Made by a program: the position numbers and the translations under genes
Notes under the pieces: generated by a model
The model's database searches: none
What the model was told of the DNA's origin: nothing
Seen by the model: the letters and a program-made list of their open reading frames with translations, nothing else
NCBI GenBank assembly: GCA_016871995.1
Contig: VHBL01000004.1
Location: 30,696-62,695 of the forward strand
Direction of reading: 5' to 3'
Source of the DNA: Nitrososphaerota archaeon
GTDB lineage: Archaea > Thermoproteota > Nitrososphaeria > Nitrososphaerales > UBA57
DNA: 32,000 bases
Shown here: piece after piece, positions 1 through 9,667 of the stretch
Numbering within the stretch: position 1 is the first letter of the stretch
Layout of the letters: every line of letters begins with the position of its first letter

Positions 1-900
1 CTTGTACCTTGCGGCCTCCGCTGCACTTCCCATATGGGGCGTCAGCAATATATTCTTAAGAGTGAGTAGAGGGCTATTCTCAGGCAGAGGTTCCCGCTCA
101 AAAACGTCCAATGCTGCTCCTGCAATCCTTTTCTTTTTCAAAGCATTGTAAAGGGCATCTTCATCGACTATAGGCCCTCTAGCAGTATTTATCAAAAAGG
201 CTGTCTTCTTCATCATGGCTAACCTCTTACCATCAATAAGATGATAGGTTTCTTTGCTGAGAGGTACATGAATTGAAAGGAAATCAGACTCTTTAAGCAG
301 TTGATCAAACGTTCTATTTTTCGCACCTATAATGCGCTCATCCAGCAATCTATGTCTGCTGTGATACAAAATTTCCATCCCAAATCCTGCAGCCCTCTTT
401 GCAACGGCTCTACCAATTCTTCCCATGCCGAGAATGCCTAGTTTCTTGCCTGCAAGATCGCTTCCAAGCATGAACTTCGGAGACCAAGCCTCCTTCCATC
501 TTCTCTGCATCACCAAGTCATGCCCTTCTGCAATTCTTCTTGCAATGCCCAACAGCAGCGCAAATGTCAGGTCAGCAGTGGCATCAGTAAGGACATCAGG
601 CGTATTAGTTACCGCTATCCCCCTCTCGGTCGCTTCCTTAACATCGATATGATCATAGCCTACGCTGAACGTGCTTACTACCTGCAGGTTTTTAGCTGCC
701 ATAAGAATTTCTTTGTCTATTTTATCGGGGATCGAGCATAATATTCCGTGCTTGTCTCTGACGAGAGATTTCAACTCGCCGTAAGATAGGTTCTCGTCTT
801 TTTCCCTGTAATTCAACTCGAACTGCTTCAGAGTTTCTTTTATTGGTCCCGGAAAGGTTCTTGTAACTAGAACCTTCTTAGCTGAGCTGCTTCTTGCCAA
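1..900 (-). CDS. D-isomer-specific 2-hydroxyacid dehydrogenase (glyoxylate/hydroxypyruvate reductase-like); C-terminus cut by window edge
   Basis: Absent from the ORF track because it runs off the window. My reverse-strand translation of 1-880 is one open frame: KKVLVTRTFPGPIKE...STFSVGYDHIDVKEATERGIAVTNTPDVLTDATADL...KKLGILGMGRIGRAVAKRAAGFGMEILYH (GxGxxG Rossmann)...FLINTARGPIVDEDAL...AALDVFEREP...LTPHMGSAAEAARYK-. No ATG lies near the N-terminus. TTG at 898-900 is the only candidate start, so the 5' boundary is approximate and overlaps the purM stop. Confidence 0.8.
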   Translation of the reverse strand, partial: MARSSSAKKVLVTRTFPGPIKETLKQFELNYREKDENLSYGELKSLVRDKHGILCSIPDKIDKEILMAAKNLQVVSTFSVGYDHIDVKEATERGIAVTNTPDVLTDATADLTFALLLGIARRIAEGHDLVMQRRWKEAWSPKFMLGSDLAGKKLGILGMGRIGRAVAKRAAGFGMEILYHSRHRLLDERIIGAKNRTFDQLLKESDFLSIHVPLSKETYHLIDGKRLAMMKKTAFLINTARGPIVDEDALYNALKKKRIAGAALDVFEREPLPENSPLLTLKNILLTPHMGSAAEAARYK

Positions 901-1918
901 GGAAGACCCCGGGCCTTCCAACGACTCTGCCTATAATAGAAGAATGCAGCCCCTTGTCGTGCAACGCTTTGATTATCCCGTTAGCCTCCGCTTTTGAGCT
1001 CACAATGCAGAAGCCGACTCCCATGTTGAATGTCTTGTACATCTCCTCTTTCCTTATCTTCCCTTCCTCTTGTATGAAGGAGAATATCTCTTGGAGCTCT
1101 GGCATCCTTTCTAGGCTGAAACCGATTGAACTGCTGGGTGATATTCTGGTTAATTTTGTAAATCCTCCTCCAGTTATGTGAGCAAGGCCTGCAACATTGA
1201 ATTCTTCCATGAGCGAAACTATTTCCCTGCAGTAGATTCTAGTAGGCTTGAGCAGTTCGTCGCCAATCCTCAACTTTGAATTCGGTATCCTCCCATTGAG
1301 AGGATGTTTCTGCAGGACCTTTCTTGCCAGAGTAAGGCCGTTGGAGTGTATCCCAGAGCTTTCTATCCCGATTATTTGGTCTCCTTCTTTGATCTTCTCG
1401 CCAAGAACCAGTTTCTGCTCTTCAACAGAGCCCACGCATGTCCCTGCTAGATCAAATGAATTTTCATCCCCAGCTAAAAGGTCGGGAAGTATTGCAGTCT
1501 CCCCTCCAACTATCGCAACTTTGGATATTCTTGCCCCTTCGGCTAAACCCTTTGAAATTTCAGCAACGAGTTTTCCGTTGGTACTCTTGAGAGCTATGTA
1601 ATCGACCAGTGCAAACGGCTCTGCTCCGACGCAAACAACATCGTTTACATTCATCGCAACGCAGTCAATGCCGATGGTATCAAATTTCTTCATCTTCTGA
1701 GCAACCAGAACCTTCGTACCTGCCCCGTCAGTATGAATGGCAAGAAGTCTCCTTGGGCCAATTCTAACTAGCCCTGCATAATGTCCAGCACCCTTGAAGA
1801 CCGAGCCAAAGCCCTCCCTGAACGCTAATGTGGATGAAAAAAACTCTGCAGCAGTTTTATGTGCCTGCTTGACCTTTGAAATGTCTACGCCTGCTTCTCT
1901 GTAAGTCCACTCTTTCAA
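878..1918 (-). CDS. purM: Phosphoribosylformylglycinamidine cyclo-ligase (AIR synthetase)
   Basis: 346-aa ORF with YREAGVDI, HTDGAGTKV, GIDCVAMNVNDV, AIVGGETA and AHITGGG motifs typical of PurM. It is the last pur gene of the operon. Confidence 0.93.
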   Translation of the reverse strand: MKEWTYREAGVDISKVKQAHKTAAEFFSSTLAFREGFGSVFKGAGHYAGLVRIGPRRLLAIHTDGAGTKVLVAQKMKKFDTIGIDCVAMNVNDVVCVGAEPFALVDYIALKSTNGKLVAEISKGLAEGARISKVAIVGGETAILPDLLAGDENSFDLAGTCVGSVEEQKLVLGEKIKEGDQIIGIESSGIHSNGLTLARKVLQKHPLNGRIPNSKLRIGDELLKPTRIYCREIVSLMEEFNVAGLAHITGGGFTKLTRISPSSSIGFSLERMPELQEIFSFIQEEGKIRKEEMYKTFNMGVGFCIVSSKAEANGIIKALHDKGLHSSIIGRVVGRPGVFLGKKQLS

Positions 1919-1922
1919 GGCT

Positions 1923-2762
1923 TCAGAGTTTTCTCCCTGTTATCCTCTCGTAAGACTCAACGTAGCGCTTCGAAACCTGTCTAACCAGATCGTCTGGAAG
2001 CTCTGGAGGCTTTGGAGCTGGCCTGTCATGTTTAGCAGCCTCATCCACCTTCTCCTTGTATCCGACGCTTATCAACCAGTCCCTTACCAGCTGCTTATCA
2101 AAAGCTTCCTGCGTCTTCCCGGGCGAGTATCTCTCCTTCGGCCAGAGCCTGAATTCATCGGGCCCTATAGAATCAGCGAGCAAGATCTTTTGACCATCCA
2201 TCCCAAACTCGAACTTTATATCGGCAATTATGAAACCAGACCTTTCAGCGATTTTGACCATTTGCAGATACAGATCAATTGATTTTTTGGAAAGAAAGTC
2301 GTAAGTCTTGTTTGTTACCAGTCCTCCAGAAACCGCTTCCTGTTTTGTTATTGGCAAATCATGCGTCTCTGACTTTGTCGTTGGATCAAAGATCGGCTTG
2401 GGAAGCCTTGCAGCAAGAACCTTTTCCCCTTCATATTTCGCGATCCCCTTCTTGACTCTCTCAAAAAGACTGCCATACAGGTACCCTCGAACGATGCATT
2501 CTACAGGTATCATCTTTAACTTCTTTACGACGATCTTGTTATCATCGACAACGTCTACCAAGTGGTTGGGACAGTCAAGGGTATCGAACCAGAACTTTGC
2601 GAACTTGCAGAGCACTTCTCCCTTACGAGGAATCGGGGTAGGCAGAACTACGTCGAAGGCTGAAACCCTGTCTGAAAATTCGAATAGCAGTTTGTCATCT
2701 GGGAGGGTGTAGATGTTCTTGACCTTGCCCTTCCTGAGCAGCTTGGCCTGCTTGACTGTCAT
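1923..2762 (-). CDS. purC: SAICAR synthetase
   Basis: 279-aa ORF with GKVKNIY...[13 protein letters not shown]...RKGEVL, the pattern typical of PurC. Its ATG overlaps the purE stop as ATGA (2759-2762). Confidence 0.92.
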   Translation of the reverse strand: MTVKQAKLLRKGKVKNIYTLPDDKLLFEFSDRVSAFDVVLPTPIPRKGEVLCKFAKFWFDTLDCPNHLVDVVDDNKIVVKKLKMIPVECIVRGYLYGSLFERVKKGIAKYEGEKVLAARLPKPIFDPTTKSETHDLPITKQEAVSGGLVTNKTYDFLSKKSIDLYLQMVKIAERSGFIIADIKFEFGMDGQKILLADSIGPDEFRLWPKERYSPGKTQEAFDKQLVRDWLISVGYKEKVDEAAKHDRPAPKPPELPDDLVRQVSKRYVESYERITGRKL

Positions 2763-3196
2763 TTAGACCATGACCTTCTGTAAGTTTCGAGTTTCTGGCT
2801 TATTGTTGGGTCCTTCAGTGCGAGTATCTCCATCGCAAGTATTGCAGCGTTCTTCCCGTTGTCTATACCGACGCAAGCTACAGGCACACCAGGAGGCATC
2901 TGCACTGCAGAAAGAAGCGAATCAAGCCCTCCAAGCTGCACGTTTAACGGAACCCCAATTACAGGTTTTGTCGTCATGGATGCGATGGCGCCTGGCAAAG
3001 CTGCAGAAAGCCCTGCTATACCTATGAAGACATCTGCATCAGAGTTCATTATGTAATCTTCAAGCTTCTTCCTGTTCCTGTGTGCTGAAATCACTTGTGC
3101 ATCGAAATTGATGCCGTTCTCCTTCAGGAACGAAACTACATCATCTATGGTCTTTTGATCCGACTTGCTCCCCGCTAATATTGTAACTTTGGCCAT
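2759..3196 (-). CDS. purE: PurE-family (N5-)carboxyaminoimidazole ribonucleotide mutase/carboxylase
   Basis: 145-aa ORF with [32 protein letters not shown] and MPPGVPVA. No purK is visible in the window, so class I versus class II cannot be decided here. Confidence 0.88.
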   Translation of the reverse strand: MAKVTILAGSKSDQKTIDDVVSFLKENGINFDAQVISAHRNRKKLEDYIMNSDADVFIGIAGLSAALPGAIASMTTKPVIGVPLNVQLGGLDSLLSAVQMPPGVPVACVGIDNGKNAAILAMEILALKDPTISQKLETYRRSWSK

Positions 3197-3200
3197 GTCC

Positions 3201-4718
3201 TCACCTTTCCATCAGCTCCTTTTTTAGATTCTGGACTGGATCTACTCTTCCAACTCCGGGAAGCCAATCGACTCTTTTGCCAAGCGTACCATTCTTTTTT
3301 CTCTGCATGTACAATGATCTTGCCCTCTCAGCAAGGTCATTTCTTTTGGCAAGAAGCTCCTTAGTGCCAATATCGCTTCTATGGTACATCTGCCAGCCGT
3401 CTGTCAATCTTACATGCTCAACGCAACTTTCAACTATGCTGCTAGCTGTTGTCAGATCATCAGCAACAGCAGCAACTTCGACTGCTCTTGAGCCCATCGT
3501 AATTATTTTCTTGTCATCGTCATGAACAGAAGCCCAATACAGTTTCGCTCCTTTCTCTTGGATTGCCTTTTCGTCTGCTTCAATGGGATGGTTCTTAGCC
3601 AGATCACGATAATCAGGATACCCCTTTGGAGCAAGGGCTTTTGCGACTACTGCCGTGTTGTTGAACTTCACATCAGATGATTTTAGCTTACCATCGAGTA
3701 TAGCAAGTGATACATCGACCAAATCCGACTCCAGCATTGCCATGACATTCAACGCTTCGGGATCGCCGAGTCTAGAATACATTTCAATGACTGTAGGTCC
3801 TTCAATCTCCGTCAGCATCATCTGTCCAGCCACTATACCATGATAAGTTTCGCCTGTCGTGTCCTGAATTGCCATCACCATGCTCTTAACTATCTCTACA
3901 GACTCTCTGTATTCATCTTCGGTAAGAAATGGTAAGACCATGCCTGGGCCTGAAATCGAGCCCATGCCTCCAGTTTCAGTCCCAATGTCAAATTCATGTG
4001 CATTTTTGTTATCCTGCACCATGGGCATCCCCACAACATTCTTTCCGTCAGTAAAACAGTGCAGAGTATATTCGGGCCCCCATACGTTTTCCTCAACAAG
4101 TATCTTATCCTCGACATCTGCATAGGGCTTCATGTATCCCTCTAACCAGTCGAAGTGTCTCGACTTGAATTTCTGCTTTTCATCATGCAAGTAGATTTGC
4201 CTGTCTTCAATGACCTTGACGCCTTTACCGCCAGCCTGTCTTGCTGGTTTCAATGCAACATTCTGCAACCATGTCAGGGTCTTGGAATACTTGTCTAGAG
4301 TGGAATACGCTTCTTCAGAGGAGCGGAAAGTCTTGAAAAGCAGCTTTCCCCTTACATCGTACTTCCACTGCAACCTGCGCATCTCTGCCTTCGACATTTC
4401 TATTACTGCAGCAGCTTTCTTGGCTCCTATGCATAGAATGCTTGCTTTTTCTAAAGCGTCTGGTACACCGTGGAAGTTAGGCTCCTCAGGCCCAACAAAG
4501 ACAAATTCTGGCTTGACTTTCCGTGTGAACTCGACGATCTTTGATGGGTCAGTGGTGCTTCCGTGTATATATTCGCCACTTGTGCTTTTGCATATCTCAC
4601 TTATGCCTGGATTCGTGTATTCGCTTATCCAGTAAATCTTTGGAGAGTGTTCGCTTGTGCTGAGCTTATCAGCGATCGCGTGCTCTCTCCCCCCTCCTCC
4701 GACTCCGAGTATCTTCAT
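3201..4718 (-). CDS. purD: Phosphoribosylamine-glycine ligase (GAR synthetase), unusually long (~505 aa)
   Basis: ATP-grasp PurD pattern: [41 protein letters not shown] place the start at ATG 4716-4718 ([10 protein letters not shown]), which forms an ATGA overlap with the upstream stop. The track start at 4751 would overlap the upstream gene by 37 nt. Confidence 0.88.
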   Translation of the reverse strand: MKILGVGGGGREHAIADKLSTSEHSPKIYWISEYTNPGISEICKSTSGEYIHGSTTDPSKIVEFTRKVKPEFVFVGPEEPNFHGVPDALEKASILCIGAKKAAAVIEMSKAEMRRLQWKYDVRGKLLFKTFRSSEEAYSTLDKYSKTLTWLQNVALKPARQAGGKGVKVIEDRQIYLHDEKQKFKSRHFDWLEGYMKPYADVEDKILVEENVWGPEYTLHCFTDGKNVVGMPMVQDNKNAHEFDIGTETGGMGSISGPGMVLPFLTEDEYRESVEIVKSMVMAIQDTTGETYHGIVAGQMMLTEIEGPTVIEMYSRLGDPEALNVMAMLESDLVDVSLAILDGKLKSSDVKFNNTAVVAKALAPKGYPDYRDLAKNHPIEADEKAIQEKGAKLYWASVHDDDKKIITMGSRAVEVAAVADDLTTASSIVESCVEHVRLTDGWQMYHRSDIGTKELLAKRNDLAERARSLYMQRKKNGTLGKRVDWLPGVGRVDPVQNLKKELMER

Positions 4719-6022
4719 TGTACCTTCTCCGGATACTTTCCTGTGAAGCAACCCATGCAGAGCTCTTTGCTTGTCAATCCAATAGCTTTTGCGAGCCCTT
4801 CAGTAGAGAGATAAGCGAAACTGTCAGCGCCAATTATCTGCGCAATTTCTTTGCCAGAAACGTTTCTGCCGATCAATTCATCCTTTGGAGGTACGTCAAC
4901 GCCATAGGGACATTCTGATACCAGAGCTGGACTCCCAACTCTGACATGAACCTTCTTTGCACCCTTTCTCTTCATGTTCAGCACCGTATTCTTCAGCGTA
5001 TTCCCTCGCACAATGCTGTCGTCGATCAGGATAGTTTCCTTTTTCTCGATCGCTGACCTTATAGGGTTCAGTTTTAGTTGAACTCCAGAAATTCTTTCAA
5101 ATTGCGTAGGTTTCAGGGCAGTTCGCATGTGCCTACCAGTTCTGGTAAATCCGAGCTTGTTAGGAATCTTTGTCGCTCTTGAATAAGCTACTGCAAAGGG
5201 AAGAGCGGTCTCTGGGACTCCTACGATGACATCTCCCCGTGCTGGCGATTCCGTTGCTAGAGTTTCGCCTATCCTCTCCCGTACTTCATACACCGATACG
5301 CTCCCTATGTAAGAGTCTGGCCTTGCAAGGTACACGAACTCGAATGAGCATTGAGATTTCTTGCTACTTGGGGTTATCTTCCTTCTTATGCTCAAAGGAT
5401 CTAAGACTATTACTTCGGCAGGCTTTATCGAACCAGTGTGGCCCGCTCCTATAACATCCAAAGCGCATGTTTCTGACGCTACTACTCCAAGGTCGAAGCC
5501 CACAGCCCCAACCTCGAGAGGCTTCACGCCCATCTTGTCACGTACGCAAATCATCTCTTGGTTTTCTACGATCGCGATAAAAGAAAATCCTCCTTTGACT
5601 TCGGATAGCATCTCTGTAACGGCCCTGATTGAATCCTTATTCTCAGCTAACTTCTCTGAAAGCGTCTCCGCAAGGTTCCTGAAAGCTTTGGCCTTCTCTT
5701 TGTGGAGCAAAGGTTTGCCATCGCCTGCAAGAACAAGCTTAGTGGGAGATTTTACTTCTATTATACTATCATCTTCAAAAGCGGAAACTAGTCCCAATCC
5801 AAGAAAGCTTGCAGGAAACTTTCTTCCATTTCGAAAAAGGTCGTCAACTAACCCCTTTTCAGTTATGACGCTGAATGATTTTTTTCCTGCGTCGAATAAA
5901 GCAATTGAAGCGATCTCTTGCCCTCTTCCTTGAAGTGCCGAGAGACCGAAATACAGAAATCGTGAAGCGTTCCAGTTTTCTCTGCCTTCGCCGAATGGAT
6001 ACACTCCGAATATTCCTGGCAC
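4715..6022 (-). CDS. PurF paralog with intact PRTase/Fe-S half but degenerate glutaminase half (Cys1 replaced by Pro)
   Basis: 435-aa ORF with a GTG start. The N-terminus is MPGIFGV where PurF has (M)CGIxG. It reads LQGRGQE instead of LQHRGQE, has no RYST motif, and has AGDGKPL where HNG is expected. The PRPP loop ILIDDSIVRGNT is retained, as are Cys at QCSFEFVYLARPDS, SECPYGVD and CMGCFTGKYP. Confidence 0.8.
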   Translation of the reverse strand: MPGIFGVYPFGEGRENWNASRFLYFGLSALQGRGQEIASIALFDAGKKSFSVITEKGLVDDLFRNGRKFPASFLGLGLVSAFEDDSIIEVKSPTKLVLAGDGKPLLHKEKAKAFRNLAETLSEKLAENKDSIRAVTEMLSEVKGGFSFIAIVENQEMICVRDKMGVKPLEVGAVGFDLGVVASETCALDVIGAGHTGSIKPAEVIVLDPLSIRRKITPSSKKSQCSFEFVYLARPDSYIGSVSVYEVRERIGETLATESPARGDVIVGVPETALPFAVAYSRATKIPNKLGFTRTGRHMRTALKPTQFERISGVQLKLNPIRSAIEKKETILIDDSIVRGNTLKNTVLNMKRKGAKKVHVRVGSPALVSECPYGVDVPPKDELIGRNVSGKEIAQIIGADSFAYLSTEGLAKAIGLTSKELCMGCFTGKYPEKVQ

Positions 6023-6038
6023 TGCAACCCCTCTGAAA

Positions 6039-7454
6039 CTAGTCTGATGTCCGTTTAAGACATCGATAATCGCCAGTATTACATGACAAACACAATTCTG
6101 TCTCCTTCAGGCCAATGCCTTTGCAGAGCTGCTTTATGCCGTTGTAACCTACAGAGTCAGCGCCTATAGATTTAGCGACTTCCCTGTTGGCCTTTTCGAT
6201 AGTCGGATTACTGCCGCATGTCCTGTAAACCACGAGTTCTTGGTGCGTGGGGAAGTTTATTCCTGCATGGCATGGATTAGAAATTGGAGGAAATGTAACG
6301 ACCATTTTCACGCTTTTTGCCCCAGCATTTTTCAGAGTTTTTATTATGTTTGGAGCACTCGTACCTCTTACAATACTATCATCCACGACAACGACATCTT
6401 TGTTACTGACGATTTCTTTTACAGCTACCATCCACCTGTTTATACGTTCTCTGTCGACCATCTTCGGCTCGATGAAACTTCTGATACCTCCTCTCTTTGC
6501 ATACCTATCTTTCATCAGCCCCTCTTCAAACTCGATGTCGCTCTCCATCGCATATCCGAGTGCCGCAGGCCTAGCCGAGTCCGGGACGGGTACAACAACA
6601 TCCACCCCTCCATCGTAAAGCATGGCAAGTTGCTTTCCCAGCTCTTTTCTAGCATGGTATACGCTACGACCATCAATTATCGAGCTTGGATGGGCAAAAT
6701 ATGAATACTCAAAAGCGCAATGTGTGGCCCTCTCTCCTCTGTAGAAACTAAAACTATCCATACCATTTTTGTCAAGCCTTACAACTTCTCCCTGTTTTAC
6801 ATCTCTTACCAGACTAGCGCCCATAACGTATAGGGCGCAACTTTCTGATGCAAAAATGTAAGATTCTGTTTGTTTGTGGTAGCCTATGCAGAGCGGTCTA
6901 AACCCTCGAGTATCCCTCACCGCAAAGACCTTTCCATCACTTGTAATTATCAGTAAACAGTAAGCACCAACGAGCTCATCTGCAAGTTTCGCGATTGCGT
7001 CGTACCAGTCCCAGTTGTTCTCCTTCAGCAGGGTTTGCAGCCTATAACCAGCCAAAGTAGTATCGTTGCAACCGTTTGGAGAAATGCCGTGCTCCTTAAG
7101 ATTCTTTTCCAATGTCTTCGTATCCGAAATAGTCCCGTTATGTGCGATTGCAAACTTGTCCCCCACAGGCATCGGCTGTGCATGCTTCAATGATGAGCCT
7201 CCAACAGTGGAGTAGCGGAGATGCCCTATGGCAGCGTTGGACGTCATCTTTTCAAGGATCGGCACGGATTTATCAAGATTCTCCGTCACCAGCCCCTTCT
7301 GCCGATGCGGCCTTATTGCAGGTGTACATACTCCCCATGCCTCTTGCCCCCTATGTTGAAGAGCCCTCAAACCTGTAACCATGAGTGGAATTACGTCTGA
7401 ACCGCCGTAAGAATAAGCCCCGAATATGCCACATTTCTCCTTAATTTCAGTCAT
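6039..7454 (-). CDS. purF: Amidophosphoribosyltransferase (glutamine-PRPP amidotransferase), canonical
   Basis: Motifs KEKCGIFGA (Ntn Cys after a short propeptide), LQHRGQEAWG, GHLRYSTVG, AHNGTI, VVVVDDSIVRGTS, plus Cys at HCAFEYSYFAHPSS, NPCHAGINFP and CLSCNTGDY. I place the start at ATG 7452-7454 (MTEIKEKCGIFG), which gives an ATGA overlap with the purL stop. The track start at 7493 is probably too far upstream. Confidence 0.92.
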   Translation of the reverse strand: MTEIKEKCGIFGAYSYGGSDVIPLMVTGLRALQHRGQEAWGVCTPAIRPHRQKGLVTENLDKSVPILEKMTSNAAIGHLRYSTVGGSSLKHAQPMPVGDKFAIAHNGTISDTKTLEKNLKEHGISPNGCNDTTLAGYRLQTLLKENNWDWYDAIAKLADELVGAYCLLIITSDGKVFAVRDTRGFRPLCIGYHKQTESYIFASESCALYVMGASLVRDVKQGEVVRLDKNGMDSFSFYRGERATHCAFEYSYFAHPSSIIDGRSVYHARKELGKQLAMLYDGGVDVVVPVPDSARPAALGYAMESDIEFEEGLMKDRYAKRGGIRSFIEPKMVDRERINRWMVAVKEIVSNKDVVVVDDSIVRGTSAPNIIKTLKNAGAKSVKMVVTFPPISNPCHAGINFPTHQELVVYRTCGSNPTIEKANREVAKSIGADSVGYNGIKQLCKGIGLKETELCLSCNTGDYRCLKRTSD

Positions 7455-9667
7455 TTTGCATCTCCCATGAGCCTTGGGATAGCAGTTTCCCATTCATGTT
7501 TCATTTTTCCAACCTGCAGAGATGCGAGTTTCTTGCCTGCGTAGCTGACATCGAAAACTTTGTCTTTGAAAACTCCTATTTCTGCACATTTAGCACCGTT
7601 CTTTCTTGCAAGTTCAACAATCTTTGAAACATTGGTTTTTGATGCTGCTATAATGAATCTTGAATGGCTTTCTGAAAATGCTATTTCATCCCACCTCTTA
7701 GTGGACGAAGGACATCTCACAATATCTATTGTAGAGCCTAGGCCCGAAAGCATGCACATCTCTGCAACTGCAACCACCAATCCTCCAGAGGAACAATCAT
7801 TAACAGAGCTGATTAGTCCCGCCCTTATACCTTCGGAGACCGCCTTTTGGCTAGCCCGTTCTGCTGTAAAATCAAGTTTCGGAACGTTTCCCCCAATTGT
7901 CCCGAAGATTTGATCCTGATATTCTGAACCCCCTAGCTCGTTCTTAGTTTCGCCTATCTGCAATATTATGCTATCTTCCGAAGGAGTTGCATTTCTGATA
8001 TTATCTGATTTCTCAATCAGTCCAAGAACAGCAGCAAGAGGAGTAGGCTTTATGGCCAAATGAGTATGAATGTCTTCATTGTAGAAACTCACCTTTCCTC
8101 CAACACATGGTAGATTAAATTCTTTGCAGTAATCTGCAAAACCTCGAACACTTTCGCTGAAGGTCCAGTACACTTCTGTATTACCGGGGTTGCCGAATTG
8201 TAAATGATCAACCATTGCTATTGGTTCTGCTCCAACTGCAATGACATTCCTGCATGCCTCAGCCAAAATTCCTGCAGCGCCATTATACGGGTCTAGGTAG
8301 CAGTGTTTCGGGTTTCCATCTACCTTAATCGCAAGGAATTTTTCATCGTTAATTCTTAGTACCGATGCCCCCGCATGGCCTGGCTTTACCACTGTCCGCG
8401 CACCTACTTCATGATCATATTGCTGGTAGACCCACCTTTTAGATGCTAAATTTGGGGACGATAGCAACTTCATTATTATTGTGTCAAGGCTTTCCCTCGA
8501 TTCTGGAATTTCCACCCTGCTGATTTCCTCTATGTACTTAGGTTTCCTAGCCTCTCTTGGTGCTGGTTCGGCCCTAACCAGAACTTCTACTGGAAGGTCT
8601 GCGACGACCTTACCGTTCTGCCTAACTATCATCCTCTTGGTGTCCGTAACCTTCCCGATTATCGAATATAGCAACCCATATTTCTTGAAAATCTTGCCCA
8701 CTGTTTCTTCATACCCTCTCTCCACTACAAATATCATCCGTTCCTGCGACTCTGAAATCATTATCTCATATGGCTGCATGCTCGTTTCTCTAAGGTGCAC
8801 ATTGGAGAGTTCTATGTCGACACCAGTATCTCCAGCGTAAGCTACTTCCGATACTCCACATGCTATGCCTCCAGCTCCTAGGTCTTTCAAGCCAGTCACA
8901 TACCCAGTCTTTACGGCTTCAATTGTAGCCTCGATAATCTGTTTCTTTGTGAACGGGTCGGGTATCTGGACTGCTGAGCGATCTTCCGAATCCTTCCCCG
9001 AGAGGTCTCTTGATGCAAAGGTTGTCCCGTGAATGCCATCCCTGCCGGTGCTCCCTCCAACCAGAAGTACAGAATCGCCAGGATTCTTTGCAATTGCAAG
9101 TACAATGTTTTCCTTCTTCCCTATTCCCAAGCAGACTACATCTACAAGGCAGTTGCGCTCGAACGACGGATCGAAATCTATCTCCCCACCAACAGTAGGT
9201 ACTCCTGTGCAGTTACCATAGTCTGCAATCCCTCTGATTACATGCTGGAATAACCACCTTGAATTCGGGTTCTTGTTTATCATTCCAAATCGCAACGAAT
9301 CAAGAAGCGCTATTGGCCTTGTGCCAAGACTAAGAATATCCCTAAGTATCCCTCCTACGCCTGTAGCTGCTCCTCCGTATGGGTCAATGGCCGAAGGGTG
9401 ATTGTGGCTTTCAATGTGGAGCGTTGCAATGTCTCCATTTCCGATGTCTAGCACACCAGCGTCGTACCCAGGGCCAAGAAGGACCCTCTTCCCTTTTGTC
9501 GGCAGCAACTTAAGCATATGCTTCGAGGATTTGTAGCTGCAATGCTCAGACCACTCAACATCTATCATTGACAACTCGAGAGAATTAGCTTCCCGCCCGA
9601 GTCTCCTCCTTACTGCTGCTCGTTCCGCCTCAGTCAACGACAATCCGAACATTTCTAACTGGCTCAT
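7451..9667 (-). CDS. purL: Phosphoribosylformylglycinamidine synthase subunit II
   Basis: 738-aa ORF with VEWSEHCSYKSSK and HIESHNHPSAIDPYGGAATGVGG, showing the duplicated PurM-like architecture. ATGA overlap with the purQ stop at 9664-9667. Confidence 0.94.
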   Translation of the reverse strand: MSQLEMFGLSLTEAERAAVRRRLGREANSLELSMIDVEWSEHCSYKSSKHMLKLLPTKGKRVLLGPGYDAGVLDIGNGDIATLHIESHNHPSAIDPYGGAATGVGGILRDILSLGTRPIALLDSLRFGMINKNPNSRWLFQHVIRGIADYGNCTGVPTVGGEIDFDPSFERNCLVDVVCLGIGKKENIVLAIAKNPGDSVLLVGGSTGRDGIHGTTFASRDLSGKDSEDRSAVQIPDPFTKKQIIEATIEAVKTGYVTGLKDLGAGGIACGVSEVAYAGDTGVDIELSNVHLRETSMQPYEIMISESQERMIFVVERGYEETVGKIFKKYGLLYSIIGKVTDTKRMIVRQNGKVVADLPVEVLVRAEPAPREARKPKYIEEISRVEIPESRESLDTIIMKLLSSPNLASKRWVYQQYDHEVGARTVVKPGHAGASVLRINDEKFLAIKVDGNPKHCYLDPYNGAAGILAEACRNVIAVGAEPIAMVDHLQFGNPGNTEVYWTFSESVRGFADYCKEFNLPCVGGKVSFYNEDIHTHLAIKPTPLAAVLGLIEKSDNIRNATPSEDSIILQIGETKNELGGSEYQDQIFGTIGGNVPKLDFTAERASQKAVSEGIRAGLISSVNDCSSGGLVVAVAEMCMLSGLGSTIDIVRCPSSTKRWDEIAFSESHSRFIIAASKTNVSKIVELARKNGAKCAEIGVFKDKVFDVSYAGKKLASLQVGKMKHEWETAIPRLMGDAK

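Noticed and set aside
4719-4751. N-terminal extensions given by the ORF track for purD (to 4751), purF (to 7493), the methyltransferase (to 25640), the aldehyde dehydrogenase (from 23438) and the surface protein (from 30283).
   Set aside because: Each extension overlaps the upstream gene or a TATA box and precedes the conserved family N-terminus. Internal starts give ATGA coupling (purD, purF), a proper TATA spacing (ALDH) or a canonical signal peptide (MKASR...).
4210-6704. Long plus-strand ORFs opposite the pur genes (e.g. 4210-4635, 5361-5933, 6240-6704). Similar ORFs lie opposite purL, the GltS-like genes, aIF5B and others (e.g. 7560-7913, 8481-8840, 14901-15263, 15585-15941, 26437-26898).
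   Set aside because: They lie entirely antisense to ORFs with strong family motifs. Their Ser/Pro/Leu/Thr-rich, motif-free translations are typical of shadow frames, and none has an independent promoter or SD context that I could see.
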